A stretch of DNA of 64,000 nucleotides from Octopus sinensis (Eukaryota). The notes beneath the pieces were generated by a model, which ran no database searches, had not been told where the DNA came from, and saw only the letters and a list, made by a program, of their open reading frames with translations. The stretch is taken from NCBI RefSeq assembly GCF_006345805.1, contig NC_042998.1, forward strand, positions 207,638,001 through 207,702,000, written 5' to 3'. Below, in pieces: positions 1 through 13,055 of the stretch; positions within the stretch are counted from its first letter, which is position 1; each line of letters starts with the position of its first letter. The position numbers and the translations under genes were made by a program.

Positions 1-1430
1 ATGCAGCTGTATATAAGATAGCAACACTATAGTCTTGTATCACATAGCAACATTATAGTGCTGCAGCTAAGTACACAATAGCAACACAATAGTGTTGTTG
101 CTATGTACAAGTTAGCAACACTAGGGCTGCAGCTGGGTACATGATAGCAACACTATAGTATTGTTGCTATGTACAAGTTAGCAATACTAGAGCTGTGGCT
201 GAGTACATGATAGCCACACTATAGTGTTGTTGCTATGTACAAGTTAGCAACATTAGAACTGTAGCTGGGTACATGATAGCAACACTATAGTATTCTTGCT
301 ATGTACAAGTTAGCAACACTGGAGCTGCAGCTGGGTACATGATAGCAACACTATAGTGTTGTTGCTATGTACAAGTTAGCAACACTAGAGCTGCGGCTAG
401 GTACATGATAGCCACCCTATAGTGTTGTTGCTATGTACAAGTTAGCAATACTAGAGCTGCGGCTGGGTACATGATAGCAACACTATAGTGTTTTTGCTAT
501 GTACAAGTTAGCAACATTAGAACTGTAGCTGGGTACATGATAGCAACACTATAGTATTGTTGTTATGTACAAGTTAGCAACACTAGAGCTGCAGCTGGGT
601 ACATGATAGAAACACCATAGTATTGTTGCTATGTACAAGTTAGCAACAGTTGAGCATATGATGGCAACACTATGGTATTGTTGCTATGTACAGGTTAGCA
701 ACTCCGGGACTGCAGCTGGGTACATGATAGCAACACTATAGTGTTGTTGCTATGTACAAGTTAGCAACACTAGAGCTTCAGCGGGGTACATGATAGCAAC
801 ACTATAGTGTTGTTGCTATGTACAAGTTAGCAATACTAGAGCTTCAGCGGGGTACATGATAGCAACACTATAGTGTTGTTGCTATGTACAAGTTAGCAAC
901 ATTGGAGCTGCAGCTGGGTACATGATAGCAACACTATCGTGTTGTTGCTATGTACAAGTTAGCAACACTAGGACTGCAGCTGGGTACATGATAGAAACAC
1001 CATAGTATTGTTGCTATGTACAAGTTATCAACACTAGAGCCGTAGCTGGGTACATGATAGCAACACTATAGTATTGTTGCTATATACAAGTTAGCAACAG
1101 TTGAGCATATGATGGCAACACTATGGTATTGTTGCTATGTACAGGTTAGCAACTCCGGGACTGCAGCTGAGCACATGATAGCAACACTATAGTGTTGTTG
1201 CTATGTACAGGTTAGCAACAGTTGAGCATATGATAGCAACACTATAGCATTTTTGTTATGTGATAGTTAGCAACACTGGAGCTACAGTTAAGTACATGAT
1301 AGGAACACTATAGTATTGTTGCTATGTACTAGTTAGTAACACTGGAGATACAGTTATGCACATGTTAGCAACACTATAGCACTGTTGCTATGTACAAAAT
1401 AGCAACATGATTGTGCTTCAGCTATGTACA
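1..1430. repeat. 66-bp tandem minisatellite with internal palindromes, about 20 units
   Basis: GTACATGATAGCAACACTATAG recurs at 137, 203 and 269 (66-bp period); unit contains palindrome CAACACTATAGTGTTG (346-361); degenerates towards 1430. Confidence 0.95.
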
Positions 1431-2123
1431 AGATGTGGATAGTATAGTACAATTGCTATGCATATGCTGACCCCTGATGGTGTGGCTGTCTTGTGTCTGA
1501 TAGTACTGTTGCCATTTATGCAATAGCAACTCTAGAGTACAACAGCAATGTACGAAATAGCAACATTGCAATAGTTGAACCATATTCTACAATGCTTGTA
1601 CTCTGCAGTGCCAAATGCCAAAACTCATTTACAATGGCTGGGTGTTTATTTATAAGTGGTGTGCATGTGAGACGAAAGCACTTCAAGACTGTCAGCGCCG
1701 TTAGAAATTGGTTAGAAGACAGTTTTGCAGTGAGTGTTCCACCGCTGAATCTCTGTTATTTGATTCCTTCTGTTTATTACACAGCTAGAATGATGGCCAC
1801 TGAAGGCACAGCTGAAGAAATTGAGATTGAATTACGTTCACCTGACGAGAAACCCGTTTCAGAATCTGCACGTAACTACCGAGTTTTTTCCTTCATCTTT
1901 CAATTTCTATCATTTCCTCATTTTAAACTTCACAGCATCATTCCCCCACCCCACCCCACTCCACGTTATATTTATATCTGAGGCCTTAATTGCTTCCACA
2001 GTGTTGTTCATAAGGTATGAAAAATATTACATGAAACACACCTTAATTATTGGAAACTCTCCAAAGGTAGTGTCACTTCAACCTTTGCTATTTAGGAAAG
2101 AGAGTGTATTAGCTTATGTAACC

Positions 2124-2860
2124 TCACTGTACATCTGGGTGTATATAATTTCACTGTACAAGTGGGTGTATATAATCTCATTGTATAACTGGTTATATAT
2201 AAATTCACTGTACAAGTGGGTGTATATAATCTCATTGTATAACTGGCTATATATAATTTCACTGTACAAGTGGGTATATATAATCTCACTGTACAAATGG
2301 GTGTATATAATTTCACTGTACAAGTGGGTGTATATAATCTCATTGTATAACTGGCTATATATAAATTCACTGTACAAGTGGATATATATAATCTCCTTGT
2401 ATAATTGGCTATATATAAATTCACTGTACAAGTGGGTGTATATAATCTCTTTGTATAATTGGCTATATATAAATTCACTGTACAAGTGGGTATATATAAT
2501 CTCATTGTATAACTGGCTATACATAAATTCACTGTACAAGTGGGTGTATATAATCTCATTGTATAACTGGCTATATATAAATTCACTGTACAAGTGGATA
2601 TATATAATCTCCTTGTATAATTGGCTATATATAAATTCACTGTACAAGTGGGTGTATATAATCTCCTTGTATAACTGGCTATATATAAATTCACTGTACA
2701 AGTGGGTGTATATAATCTCATTGTATAACTGGCTATATACATCCTCACTGTACAAGTGGATATATATGATCTCATTCTATAACTGGCTATATATAAGCCC
2801 AATGTACAAGTGGTTATATATAGTATAACCTCACTGTATAACTGGATGTATACACACTTT
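2124..2860. repeat. 27-bp minisatellite with two alternating monomer types (54-bp higher-order unit)
   Basis: Alternating CACTGTACAAGTGGGTGTATATAATCT and CATTGTATAACTGGCTATATATAAATT; gives 9-aa periodic ORFs (LYKWVYIIS/LYNWLYINS). Confidence 0.93.
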
Positions 2861-3123
2861 TGTACACATGACTGTATATGGATGTATATACTCATACCAC
2901 ACAATTGGGTGTATATACCATTTCTGCATACATGGCTCAATATAATCCCTGCTGTACCCTTTTGGTACACATGACTGTATATAACCTTTCTGTACATATG
3001 GCAGAGTATGACTGAACTGGGTGTATATAACCCCCCTATATAACAGGGCGGGGTGGGGTGTATAAACATATTTTCTGTGTGACTGTTTCTCATATTTTTT
3101 GATTGATTAATTATAATTAAAGC

Positions 3124-3157
<34 letters not shown>

Positions 3158-3169
3158 TGTGTACAGTGC

Positions 3170-3765
3170 TCAGGTGCACTACAACTCATCTAAAGTGTAT
3201 ATATAATCAGGTGTAGTTTCGGCGGATTTTGGAAAGCATGAGGGCCTTAAAGGATGCAGTGTCATGGCAGTCAACAACTGACGCAGGCAGTTTGTTCCAT
3301 GCTTCAGCAACTCTGAGCGTGAAAAAATGTTTCCGAAAGTCATGGGAGCTGTGTTGTTTTCTGACTTTGTAGGCATGTCCACGTGTGTTGGATACATGGA
3401 GATCAAAAAGGTGTTCAGTGTTGTTGTTGGTGAGGTGGTTGATAACTTTGTGGGTGTTTACCAAGTCCGTCGCCAGACGCCAGAGCTTCAGTGAATCCAT
3501 GCCCAGGGAAACAAGGCGCTCAGAATATGGTAGGTGTCTGATGGAGGGTATGCGTTTGGTTGCACGTCTCTGGACAGATTTCAGGAGGTCAATGTTCTGA
3601 GCAAGATAGGTGTTCCAAACTGATGATGCAAATTCCAAGTGTGGTCGTACCATAGTTGTATACAGTTTTAAATAGATGGCTGGAGAGCGGCTAACAAAAG
3701 TCTTGCTGAGTGATGCCAAGACACCCTCGGCCTTCTTGACAATTTCAAATATCTTTGTCATAATA
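3170..3765 (-). mobile_element. CR1/L2-like LINE 3' fragment (RT C-terminal region plus tail)
   Basis: ORF 3207-3761: LYTTMVRPHLEFASSVW...LKSVQRRATKRIP...FFTLRVAEAWNKLP; flanked by (TAA)n. Confidence 0.88.
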
Positions 3766-4738
3766 ACATTGGTTTCGAATTTTGGTGCAAGGCCTTAAAT
3801 GTTGGGGGAGGGGTCTAGTTGATTACATCAACCCCAATACATGACTGGTACTTATTTCATCAACCATCCCCCACCCCAAAAGGATGAAAGGCAAGGCTAG
3901 CCCTAAGTGGCATTTGAACTCAGAACATAAAGTTGTGAGAACAGCTGCAGAGCATCGGGTCCAGTGTTCTAACAATTCTGCCAGCTTGCTGCCTTTTATC
4001 ATGGTAACTCTTTTACTCTTTTACTTGTTTCAGTCATTTGACTGCGGCCATGCTGGAGCACCGCCTTTAGTCGCGCAAATCGACCCCAGGACTTATTCTT
4101 TGTAAGCCTAGTACTTATTCTATTGGTTTCTTTTGCCGAACCGTTAAGTTATGAGGACGTAAACACACCAGCATCGGTTGTCAAGCAATGGAGGGTGGGG
4201 GGGACAAACACAGACACACAAACATACACACACACATATATATATATACAATTATACATATATACCACGGTAACATATTAAAGTCACTGTCACCAGTGCA
4301 TCATCGTCATCATCATCATCATCATTTTTTTTATCTCTATAACATCACCACCACCACCATCTCTGCCACCACCACTACCATCACCACCACCACCACCACC
4401 ATCGTCATCATCATCATCATGGCTTACACAGCTGTCAACAGTCGTGGTTCACTGCCACCCTCATTTAGTTTCCATAGCAATCACAATACCCCTAATTTTC
4501 TTACATAAGTGATTAACACACATGATTTACCCCACGAAACTATTCCTGGCATCTCGACTAACTTATTTCTGCTGCTGGTCCATTTAACTTAACCTGACCT
4601 CATATCTCAACGTGTGCTTTCAAGTGTACCGCAGTCGGTGGCTTCGTTTATTTATTAATCACTCTGTTGAGTTAATTTGTGACAGTCTCTGTCTGTCTGT
4701 CTGTCTAGCTCTCTCTCTCTACACACACAAACAAACTC

Positions 4739-4805
4739 ATGGAGACTTCTCAGTCATCAACCTGCTGTGGCAGCCTTTCTAAGCCCCTTCTTCATGTCAG
4801 ACAAG
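4739..4805 (+). CDS. Putative exon 1 of SPFH/Band-7-like membrane protein gene (METSQSSTCCGSLSKPLLHVRQ)
   Basis: ATG at 4739, 67 nt, then donor G|GTAAGT at 4806; phase 1 matches the phase-1 acceptor of the next exon; no homology evidence for this short exon. Confidence 0.6.
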
Positions 4806-5904
4806 GTAAGTTCACCACTATCATTACACACTCACACACACACACACATTTTGTCAGCAACAAAGCTCCCAGTCACACTGACACACGAAGAATTCGGTAA
4901 TCTAGAAGACTTCCAGAACATTGATCCTCACATCACAGAACATTAGCAAACGTTTTATATTTCACATTTCTCTTTTCTAAGTACGCCTGTTGTCCAGGGT
5001 CCCTGCATGTTGCCAGATATTGTGTTCTTCCTCATTCCCTGCCCCCTTTTTCCCCTCTCCCCATTCTTTCCAGGCTCGGCTCTTAGCTTTTATGACTTAC
5101 CATTCCATTATCATTTGGCGTTCCTCTGGCTGGGACTTTGCTTTCTTCACCAACAGGCACAGGTATGGCTGTGTGGTAAGAAGCTTGTTTCCCAGCTGCA
5201 CAGTTGCACAGTTCTGGGTTCAGTCCCACTGTGTGGCACCTTGGGCAAGTGTCTTGGGTCAGTGTCTTGGACTGACCAAAACCTTGTAAATAGATTTTGT
5301 AGACAGAAACTGAAAGAAGACTGACATGTGTATGAACACACACACACACACAATATTATATATGTCTATGTGTGTGTCTGTGTGTCCATTTATTCCCTCA
5401 TCACTGCTTGACAACCAGTGTTGGTTTGGTTACATCCCCATAACTTAGCAGTTCAGTAAAAGAGACCGATATAGTAAGTACCATGCTTAAAAAAAAAATG
5501 GTTCTATGGTTGATTCTTTCAGCTAAAAATTCTTCAAGGCAGTGCCCCAGCATGGCCGCAGTCTAATGACCAAAACAAGTAAGAGAAAGACAAAAGATAA
5601 GAGTACCTGTCCTCTGGTTGTTGCCAGTCGGTTGTCTCTTAGAATCTTCTGGTTTTCATTCTGGACATTCATGTCACCTTAGTCCTACTTCACTGGGCCT
5701 ATTTCTAGCTGAGGGATCTTCTCCCTTTTGATTTTGAGGGACAGGCATAACTGTGTGGTTAAGGAACTTTCTTTCCAACCACATGGTCCCAAGTTCAATC
5801 CCACTGCATGGCACCTTGGGCAAGTGTCTTCTGCTATAGCCCCAGGTCAACCAAAGCTTTCTGAGTAGACTTGATAGATGGAAACTAGAAGAAGCCTGTT
5901 TGTA

Positions 5905-6480
5905 CACTCTTAAATATGGTTTCTGATTACAAATATCTTGGGTCATACATATCATCAACTGAAAAAGATTTTCTAACTAGAAAGGGTATGGCCTGGTCAG
6001 CCTGTAATGATATGCATAAGATCTGGTCATCAAATCTAAGTAGAGATTTCAAACTTAAAATCTTCAAAGCTACAGTCGAACCAATTCTACTATATGGCTT
6101 AGAAACCTGGACGTTATCAAAGAAGCTTGAGAGGTGGTTGGATGGAACTTACACTCGCCTCCTTATGAGAGCTCAAAATTTCTTGTGGAAGCGTCATCCA
6201 ACCAAACACAAATATATGGGAAATTACCACCTGTGTCATCTCTTGTGAAAGGTAGGAGAGTCCAGTTTGCTGGACATTGTTGTAGAGCTGAAAACGAGGC
6301 AATTTCTACTCTTCTCCTCTGGAAGCCATCTGCTCGCGATACCAGAGGATGCCACACTCTCCTACCCTGATGTAATCTCCAGGGATACAGGCATCCAGCA
6401 ACAGGACCTCCGTAATGCTATGATGGACCATGATAGTAAATTCCACTGTCTCGACCACGGTCGAATGATGATGATGATGT
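5905..6480 (+). mobile_element. RTE-clade LINE 3' fragment
   Basis: DYKYLGSYIS...IFKATVEPILLYGLETWTL...RVQFAGHC; frameshifted; ends in (GAT)n. Confidence 0.85.
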
Positions 6481-6508
6481 GTTTGTGTGTTTGTGTGTGT
6501 GTGTGTGT

Positions 6509-6556
<48 letters not shown>

Positions 6557-6590
6557 TCCTCTTTTCATTATGTAATAGTTGTAAGCGAGA

Positions 6591-6910
6591 GAAGGCGTGT
6601 GGCTTAGTGGTTTGGGTATTCAGCTCACTGTCGCAAGGTTGTGAGTTCGATTCCTAGCAGTGCCTTGTGTCCGTGAGCAAGACACTTTATTTCACATTTC
6701 TCCAGTCCGCTCAACTGGCAAAAATGAGTTGTACCTGTATTTCAAAGGGTCAGCCTTGTCACACTCTGTGTCATGCTGAATCTCCCCAAGAACTACATTA
6801 AGGGTACATGTGTCTGTGGATTACTCAGCCACTTGCACGTTAATTTCACGAGCAAGCTGTTCTATTGATCGTATCAGCTGGAACTCTCGTCATTGCAACC
6901 GATGGAACAC
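6591..6910 (+). mobile_element. tRNA-headed SINE, family D (also about 31160-31490 on -, and 41569-42335 on + split by an insertion)
   Basis: A-box-like TGGCTTAGTGG, B-box GAGTTCGATTCC, then TGTGTCCGTGAGCAAGACACTT and a shared body/tail seen in several copies. Confidence 0.8.
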
Positions 6911-7689
6911 TCCTTATGCAGTTGTAAACGAGTGTCACTGTCATACAAGCAGTGTCATTCATTTGCAATATCGTTTGGAAATACGTCTGGAAACAGGTAA
7001 AGGTTAGTGACAGGAAGAGCATCCAGCCATAGAAAATCTACCTCAATGACCCAGCTGACCCATGCAAGCATGGAAAAGTGGGTGTTTAAACAATAATGAC
7101 ATTCCTTTCCCAGATTTCTTGCACCTCTAACTCTGATCCCTCTGATCTCTTTTCTGTTTTGTGTAGGACATATTCGAGTGAGGGTAAATCTTAACATCCA
7201 AAACTCTCCATTTATCATATTTCTTTGCGAGTATAAAATATATCAGACTTGTGTTTTCACCTTATTGGTAATTGATCAGTTTAAAGGCGGTGAGCTGGCA
7301 GAACTGTTAGCACGCCGGGAGAAATGCTTAACGGTATTTCATCAGCTGATACGTTCTGAGTTCAAATTCTGCCGCGGTCGACTTTGCCCTTTCATCCTTT
7401 CGGAGTCAATTAAATAAGTACCAGTTATGCACTGGGGTACATATATTTGACTTAATCCATTTGTCTGTCCTCTCTGTGTTTAGCCCCTTGTGTGTAGTAA
7501 AGAAATAGTTATTTCGTCTGTCTTTATGTTCTGAGTTCAAATTCTGCCGAGGTTGACTTTGCCTTTTATCCTTTCTGGGTCGATTAAATAAGTACTACTG
7601 AGGTAGATGTAATCGACTTAATCCGTTTGTCTGTCCTTGTTTGTCCTCTCTGTGTGTAGCCCCTTGTGGGCAGTAAAGAAATAGGTAAT

Positions 7690-7960
7690 TGATCAGTTTC
7701 CTGAAGTTAGAGTTGCAAAATGTTGGGTCATTTGCAGAGTTGCAAAAGTCTCCAGCTTTCTTCATTCCTTTTACCATTTCCACAGCAGTCGTGCTCTTTG
7801 GAGAAACCATCATAAGGTTGCTCAATATATTCATTAAAGTACCCTGCTATAATAACAAGGCCATTATCATTCACTATTACAGTACCCTGTAAGAACACCT
7901 CACAGAATCTGTCATTCATTACCAAGTTATCCTGCAACAGAACTTCATAGTGTTACGAGT
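7690..7960 (-). mobile_element. RTE-like LINE AP-endonuclease fragment
   Basis: LVIIAGYFNEYIEQPYDGF...GKRNEESWRLLQLC...NSNFRK resembles the degenerate GDFN...RN..G.RLLEFC APE motifs. Confidence 0.65.
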
Positions 7961-8229
7961 ATTCTCATCCAAAATGGCAAAATGGAAGCAATTACCAGCA
8001 TTTTAAAGTTGATGTCTTGAAAACTGCAGGAATGTCCATTTTCCATGTTGTAATGGGTTGAATGGTTTGAGAGGAGGTGGCAAGGCCAAAGGTATCACCA
8101 GACTCTGTATTCAGTTTTGGCATCGTTTCTATGGCTGGATGCTCTTCCTAACGCCAACCATTTTACCGAGTGTACTGAGTGTTTTCTAACATGGCACCAG
8201 TGCCGACAGGCACATCAAGTAACTTGCAA

Positions 8230-9084
8230 GTTTTTTAGAGTCTTGTAAAGTCTAATATATTCTTTTGTTGTCTTATACCATCTTATAAATATTTATTTTT
8301 GCAATAAAATACTTACTGCAGAGAGACTTTTTGAACACCCTATATAACTGTATATAGGGTGTTCAAAAAGTCTCTCCGCAGTGGATTTTTTCTCTCCAAG
8401 AGTCAACTTTTGTATTGAAAATTAAGAACGACATTTTTAGCACCTCTTATAAAGTTTTTTAAAGTCTTGTAAAGTTTAATATATTCTTTTATAAGTCTTT
8501 ATACCATCTTATAAATATTTATTTTGCAATAAAACACTTACCATGGAGAGACTTTTTGAACACCTTGTCATCATCATCATCATCATCATCATCGTCGTTT
8601 AACGTCCATTTTCTATGCTAGCATGGGTTGGACAGTTCGACTGGGGTCTGGGAAGCCAGGAGGCTGCGCCAGGCTCCAGTCTGATCTGACAATATTTCTA
8701 TAGCTGGATGCCCTTCCTAACACCAACCACTCAGAGAGTGTAGGGGGTACATTTTACATGCCACCGGCATAGGGGCCAGAGGAGGCTGGCAAACAGCCAC
8801 AATTGGTTGGTGCTCTTTACGTGTCATCAACACGATAACTGTATATAGGGTGTTCAAAAAGTCTCTCCGCAGTGGATTTTTTCTCTCCAAGATGTGTTTC
8901 AAAACATGCGTAGAAGAGTCAACTTATTTATTGAAAATGAAGGACGACACTTTCAACACCTTTTATAAAGTTTTTTAAAGTCTTGTAAAGTCTAATATAT
9001 TCTTTTGTTGTCTTTATACCATTTTATAAATATTTATCTAGCAATAAAATACTTACTGTGGAGAGATTTTTTGAACACCCTGTA
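8230..9084. mobile_element. Cluster of three Tc1/mariner-type MITE copies (8230-8344 partial, 8353-8568, 8844-9084)
   Basis: TIRs TAGGGTGTTCAAAAAGTCTCTCC / GAGAGACTTTTTGAACACCC in TA context. Confidence 0.8.
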
Positions 9085-9274
9085 TAACAAAAATGCATAT
9101 AGAGAAACTGAGATCTTTAATATTAGAATTCACCTTACATTGCTGACTATTGTTTCTATCATATCAACACATTCAGATAGAGAAAATATCATTGAAGTTA
9201 ATATTTCCGAAAATACATGTTAACACAATGTTTTCAAGGTGATCCAAACTTAGTGAAATCCCTCTTTTTTCTTA

Positions 9275-9318
<44 letters not shown>

Positions 9319-9878
9319 AGGGATGTGCTGCCTGGGTAGGCCAAGTAGGTAGTGCTTGTATAAAATAGCTTGAATAAGACAGATCGATAGTTGGATGATT
9401 TGACTGAGGACTGGCAAACCAGATGGCTGCACCAGGCTCCAATCTTGATCTGGTAGATTTTCTACAGCAGGATGCCCTTCCTAACGCCAACCACTCCGAG
9501 AGTGTAGTGGGTGCTTTTACGTGCCACCGGCACGGGGTTCAGTCAGGCGGTACTGGCAACGACATCGCTCGAATGTTTTTAACACATGCCACCAGCACAG
9601 GTGCCAGTAAGGCGATCATTATTATTATCATTATTGTTATTATTATTATTATTACTACACTAAGCAAGCTGGATCATTTGCATGGCAGGCAAAATGCTTA
9701 ATGGCACTTCATCTATCTTCGTGTTCTGAATTCAAATTTTGCTGAGGTTAACTTTGCCTTTCATCCTTTTGGGGGGAGTCGATAAAATGAGTACCAGTTA
9801 AGTACTGGGATCAATGTAATCAATTTACTCCTCCCCCAAAACTTGCTGGCCTTGTGTCAAAATTTGAAACTATTATTA

Positions 9879-9913
<35 letters not shown>

Positions 9914-10059
9914 GTTCTATGTTTGACTTTTGCTTTACATTTGCACAAGTTGGCTCCAAGTCTCACCCAGAGACCTCAAGAGACAACAAGCTGGAAGTTC
10001 ATGCTGGTTTATGCCTAGGGTGCCATATATTTGGTTTTGTACTTAGTATTGTACTAGTG

Positions 10060-10400
10060 AATGCCTTAAAAACCATACAAAAATTATGTTTTTTAAAACT
10101 TGAGATTACATAGAAAGTATTTTGCGTAGGATCTGAGCAGTTTCCATGAGCACTATCTTTTGAATATCTGCCATTTTTGAGTTTCCTGGTATCTGAGTTA
10201 GGTAGCAATCAGCCCCTTTTGCTATCATTCCCAGGGCACCTATGACAACAGGTATTGTTTTAGTCTTTAGGTTCCACATTTTACTAATTTCTATTTCAAG
10301 ATCTTTATATTTGCTCAGTTTTTGGTAGGTCTTGACAGATACGTTTATATGGATTGGGACAGTCATATCAATGAGGAGGCATGTTCTTTGTCTGAAGTCT
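10060..10400 (-). mobile_element. R4/Dong-like LINE 3' fragment (restriction-like endonuclease)
   Basis: KLSKYKDLEIEISKMWNLKTKTIPVVIGALG; adjacent to (TTA)n. Confidence 0.85.
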
Positions 10401-11489
10401 TTATTATTATTATTAGCAGAAATACTGCTACTGGGCAGTTTTCTGCTTGTAAATGTTGAATTGAAAATCTCTAATGTGGAAACAAATAGTGCATTAAATA
10501 TATTCTATTATACACATTAATGAATAACTGAAAGAAACTTGAAATATTCCTATGAAATTTTGATATGATACAGCCTAAAAATGTTCACAAATATTCTCAA
10601 AGTAAACTTAAAGAAAAATTTTCTAATCAATTAAATAGAAGCAGTTGGGAGAGAGAGAGAGAAAGAGGGGGAGGGAGAGGAAGTTGCAAAGAAGGAAACT
10701 ATAGTGAAGAGGGAGAGAAAAGTTATAAGGAAAGAGAAAGATTTAGTCTAATGAAATAGAGGCAGTAAACAAAGAAGAAATGGAAGGAGAGAGAGAAGGG
10801 AATAAGATGTTGAGAAGTACTATCTCGCAGTGAATTCAAATTGAATCCTGCAGTTGAAATTTTCAATCAAAGAAGTTTTAAAACCACATTTTGATAAGAA
10901 TATGTTGATTTGGGGCACTGTCTTGAAGAATTCCTAGTCAAAAGATTTAAAACCCAGTAGTTATTATTTTTTTAAAAGCCTGGTACTTATTCTATCAATC
11001 TCTTTGTTGAATTGCTAAGTTATGGGGATGTAAACACACCAACATTGGTTGTCAAGTGCTGGTGGGACAAACAGACACAAACTCACAAACACACATTTAG
11101 GACAAGCTTTTTTAGTTTCTGATTACCAAATCCACTCACAATGCTTTGGTCAGCCCAAGGCTATAATAGAAGACACCTGCCTAATGTGTCACACAGTGGG
11201 ACTGAACCTAAAACCTTGTGGTTGGGAAGTCAGCTTTTTACCACACGCCCACACCTCTACAGATGTATGGTCAATCTTCATCAACAAAAGCCTCTCATGA
11301 CCATATCTTTATTCCAATTATGTGTTTATCAGTCTACAGCAGGGTTTGGCAAACTTCTTGTATCACTGACCATTTCATAGAATATTTGATAACATATCAG
11401 GCCCCAACATGTAAATTTCTAAAACAGAATTAAAAAGTATTATTAAATAAAAAAAATTGCTTGATTTCCAAATAATTATTCCTTTCAAG

Positions 11490-12262
11490 TATTGGGCCTC
11501 ATGGAGGCAAAGTGGCTGAGATCCTTTGGAGTGATGGGCCTCGTGGAGGCAAAGTGGCTGTGTTCCTTTGGAGTGATGGGCCTCATGAAGGCAAAGTGGC
11601 TGAGTTCTTTTCAAGTGTTGGGCCTCATGGAGGCAAAGTGGCTGTGTTCCTTTGGAGTGTTGGGCCTCATGGAGGCAAAGTGCTGAGATCCTTTGGATTG
11701 TTGGGCCTCATGGAGGCAAAGTGGCTGTGTTCCTTTGGAGTGATGGGCCTCATGGAGGCAAAGTGGCTGAGATCCTTTGGAGTGATGGGCCTCATGGAGG
11801 CAAAGTGGCTGAGATCCTTTGGAGTGATGGGCCTCATGGAGGCAAAGTGGCTGAGATCCTTTGGAGTGATGGGCCTCATGGAGGCAAAGTGGTTGTGTTC
11901 CTTTGGAGTGATGGGCCTCATGGAGGCAAAGTGGCTGAGATCCTTTGGAGTGATGGGCCTCATGGAGGCAAAGTGGCTGAGATCCTTTAGAGTGATGGAC
12001 TTCATGGAGGAAAAGTGACTGAGATCCTTTGGAGTGATGGGCCTCATGGAGGCAAAGTGGCTGAGTTCCTTTAGAGTGATGGACTTCATGGAGGAAAAGT
12101 GACTGAGATCCTTTGGAGTGATGGGCCTCATGGAGGCAAAGTGGCTGAGTTCCTTTCAAGTGTTGGGCCTCATGGAGGCAAAGTGGCTGAGTTCCTTTTG
12201 AGTGATGGGCCTCATGGAGGCAAAGTGGCTGAGTTCCTTTTGAGTGATGGGCCTCATGGAGG
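11490..12262. repeat. 42-bp tandem minisatellite, about 18 units
   Basis: Unit GGAGTGATGGGCCTCATGGAGGCAAAGTGGCTGAGATCCTTT; 14-aa periodic ORFs in several frames. Confidence 0.95.
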
Positions 12263-13019
12263 CTAATATTCAATTGATATTTCAGGTGACAAGCTGACAA
12301 AATTGTTCGCAAGCTGGGCAAAAATGCTTATCTGCATCTCATCAATCTTTATGTTCTGTGTACAAATTCTGCTGAGGTCAACTCTTTCATCCTTTCAAGG
12401 TCATTAAAATAAGTACCAGTCATGTACTGGGGTCAATGTAATTGTCTTATCCCTTCCCCAAAATTGCTGGCCTTGTGCCAAAATTCGAAACCAGTATTTG
12501 GCTGGAAAGTAGGGAGTTTTAGCCTTGAATTACTCGCGTGCTTCCAGATTCAATTCACCAATAATTCAGCACCTTTAATTCTCAGAGGTGCTTATTGACC
12601 CCTTGCACAGCCTTGTAGATCCCTTCCCTCAGGAAAGATCAGTACGGACCTAGTCTACAGTAATTCATTCACCAGATATATTACTCTTTTTACTCTTTTA
12701 CTTGTTTCAGTCATTTGACTGCGGCCATGCTGGAGCACCGCCTTTAGTCGAGCAAATCGCCCCCAGGACTTATTCTTTGTAAACCTAGTACTTATTCTAT
12801 CGGTCACTTTTACCGAACTGCTAAGTTACGGGGACGTAAACAAACCAGTATCGGTTGTCAAGGGATGTTGGGGGAACAAACACAGACACACAAACATATA
12901 CACACACATACATATATATAACGGGAAGCTTTATGAAAATAGACAAAAGACGAAGGCAGGTGGAAAACAAACGAACAATTGTATTAGTATGGCGCTCAGG
13001 AAATATAAATAAAACAAGT

Positions 13020-13055
13020 CTTTAACGTTTCGAGCCTACGCTCTTCAACAGAAAG
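13020..13055 (-). ncRNA. Minimal type-I hammerhead-like motif (core variant CUGUUGA)
   Basis: Minus strand: CUUU CUGUUGA A GAGC-GUAG-GCUC GAAA CGUU AAAG; stems I and II pair perfectly. Confidence 0.7.

Noticed and set aside
1845-1885. Possible hammerhead CCTGACGAGAAACCCGTTTCAGAATC
   Set aside because: GAAA is replaced by AGAAU and there is no convincing stem I
1821-3189. Long ORFs of 335, 365 and 213 aa
   Set aside because: Produced by the 27-bp repeat; no domain or splice support
4188-4508. His/Thr-rich ORF near exon 1
   Set aside because: SINE remnant plus trinucleotide repeats
11492-12321. Overlapping periodic ORFs
   Set aside because: Artefact of the 42-bp repeat (multiple of 3, few stops)
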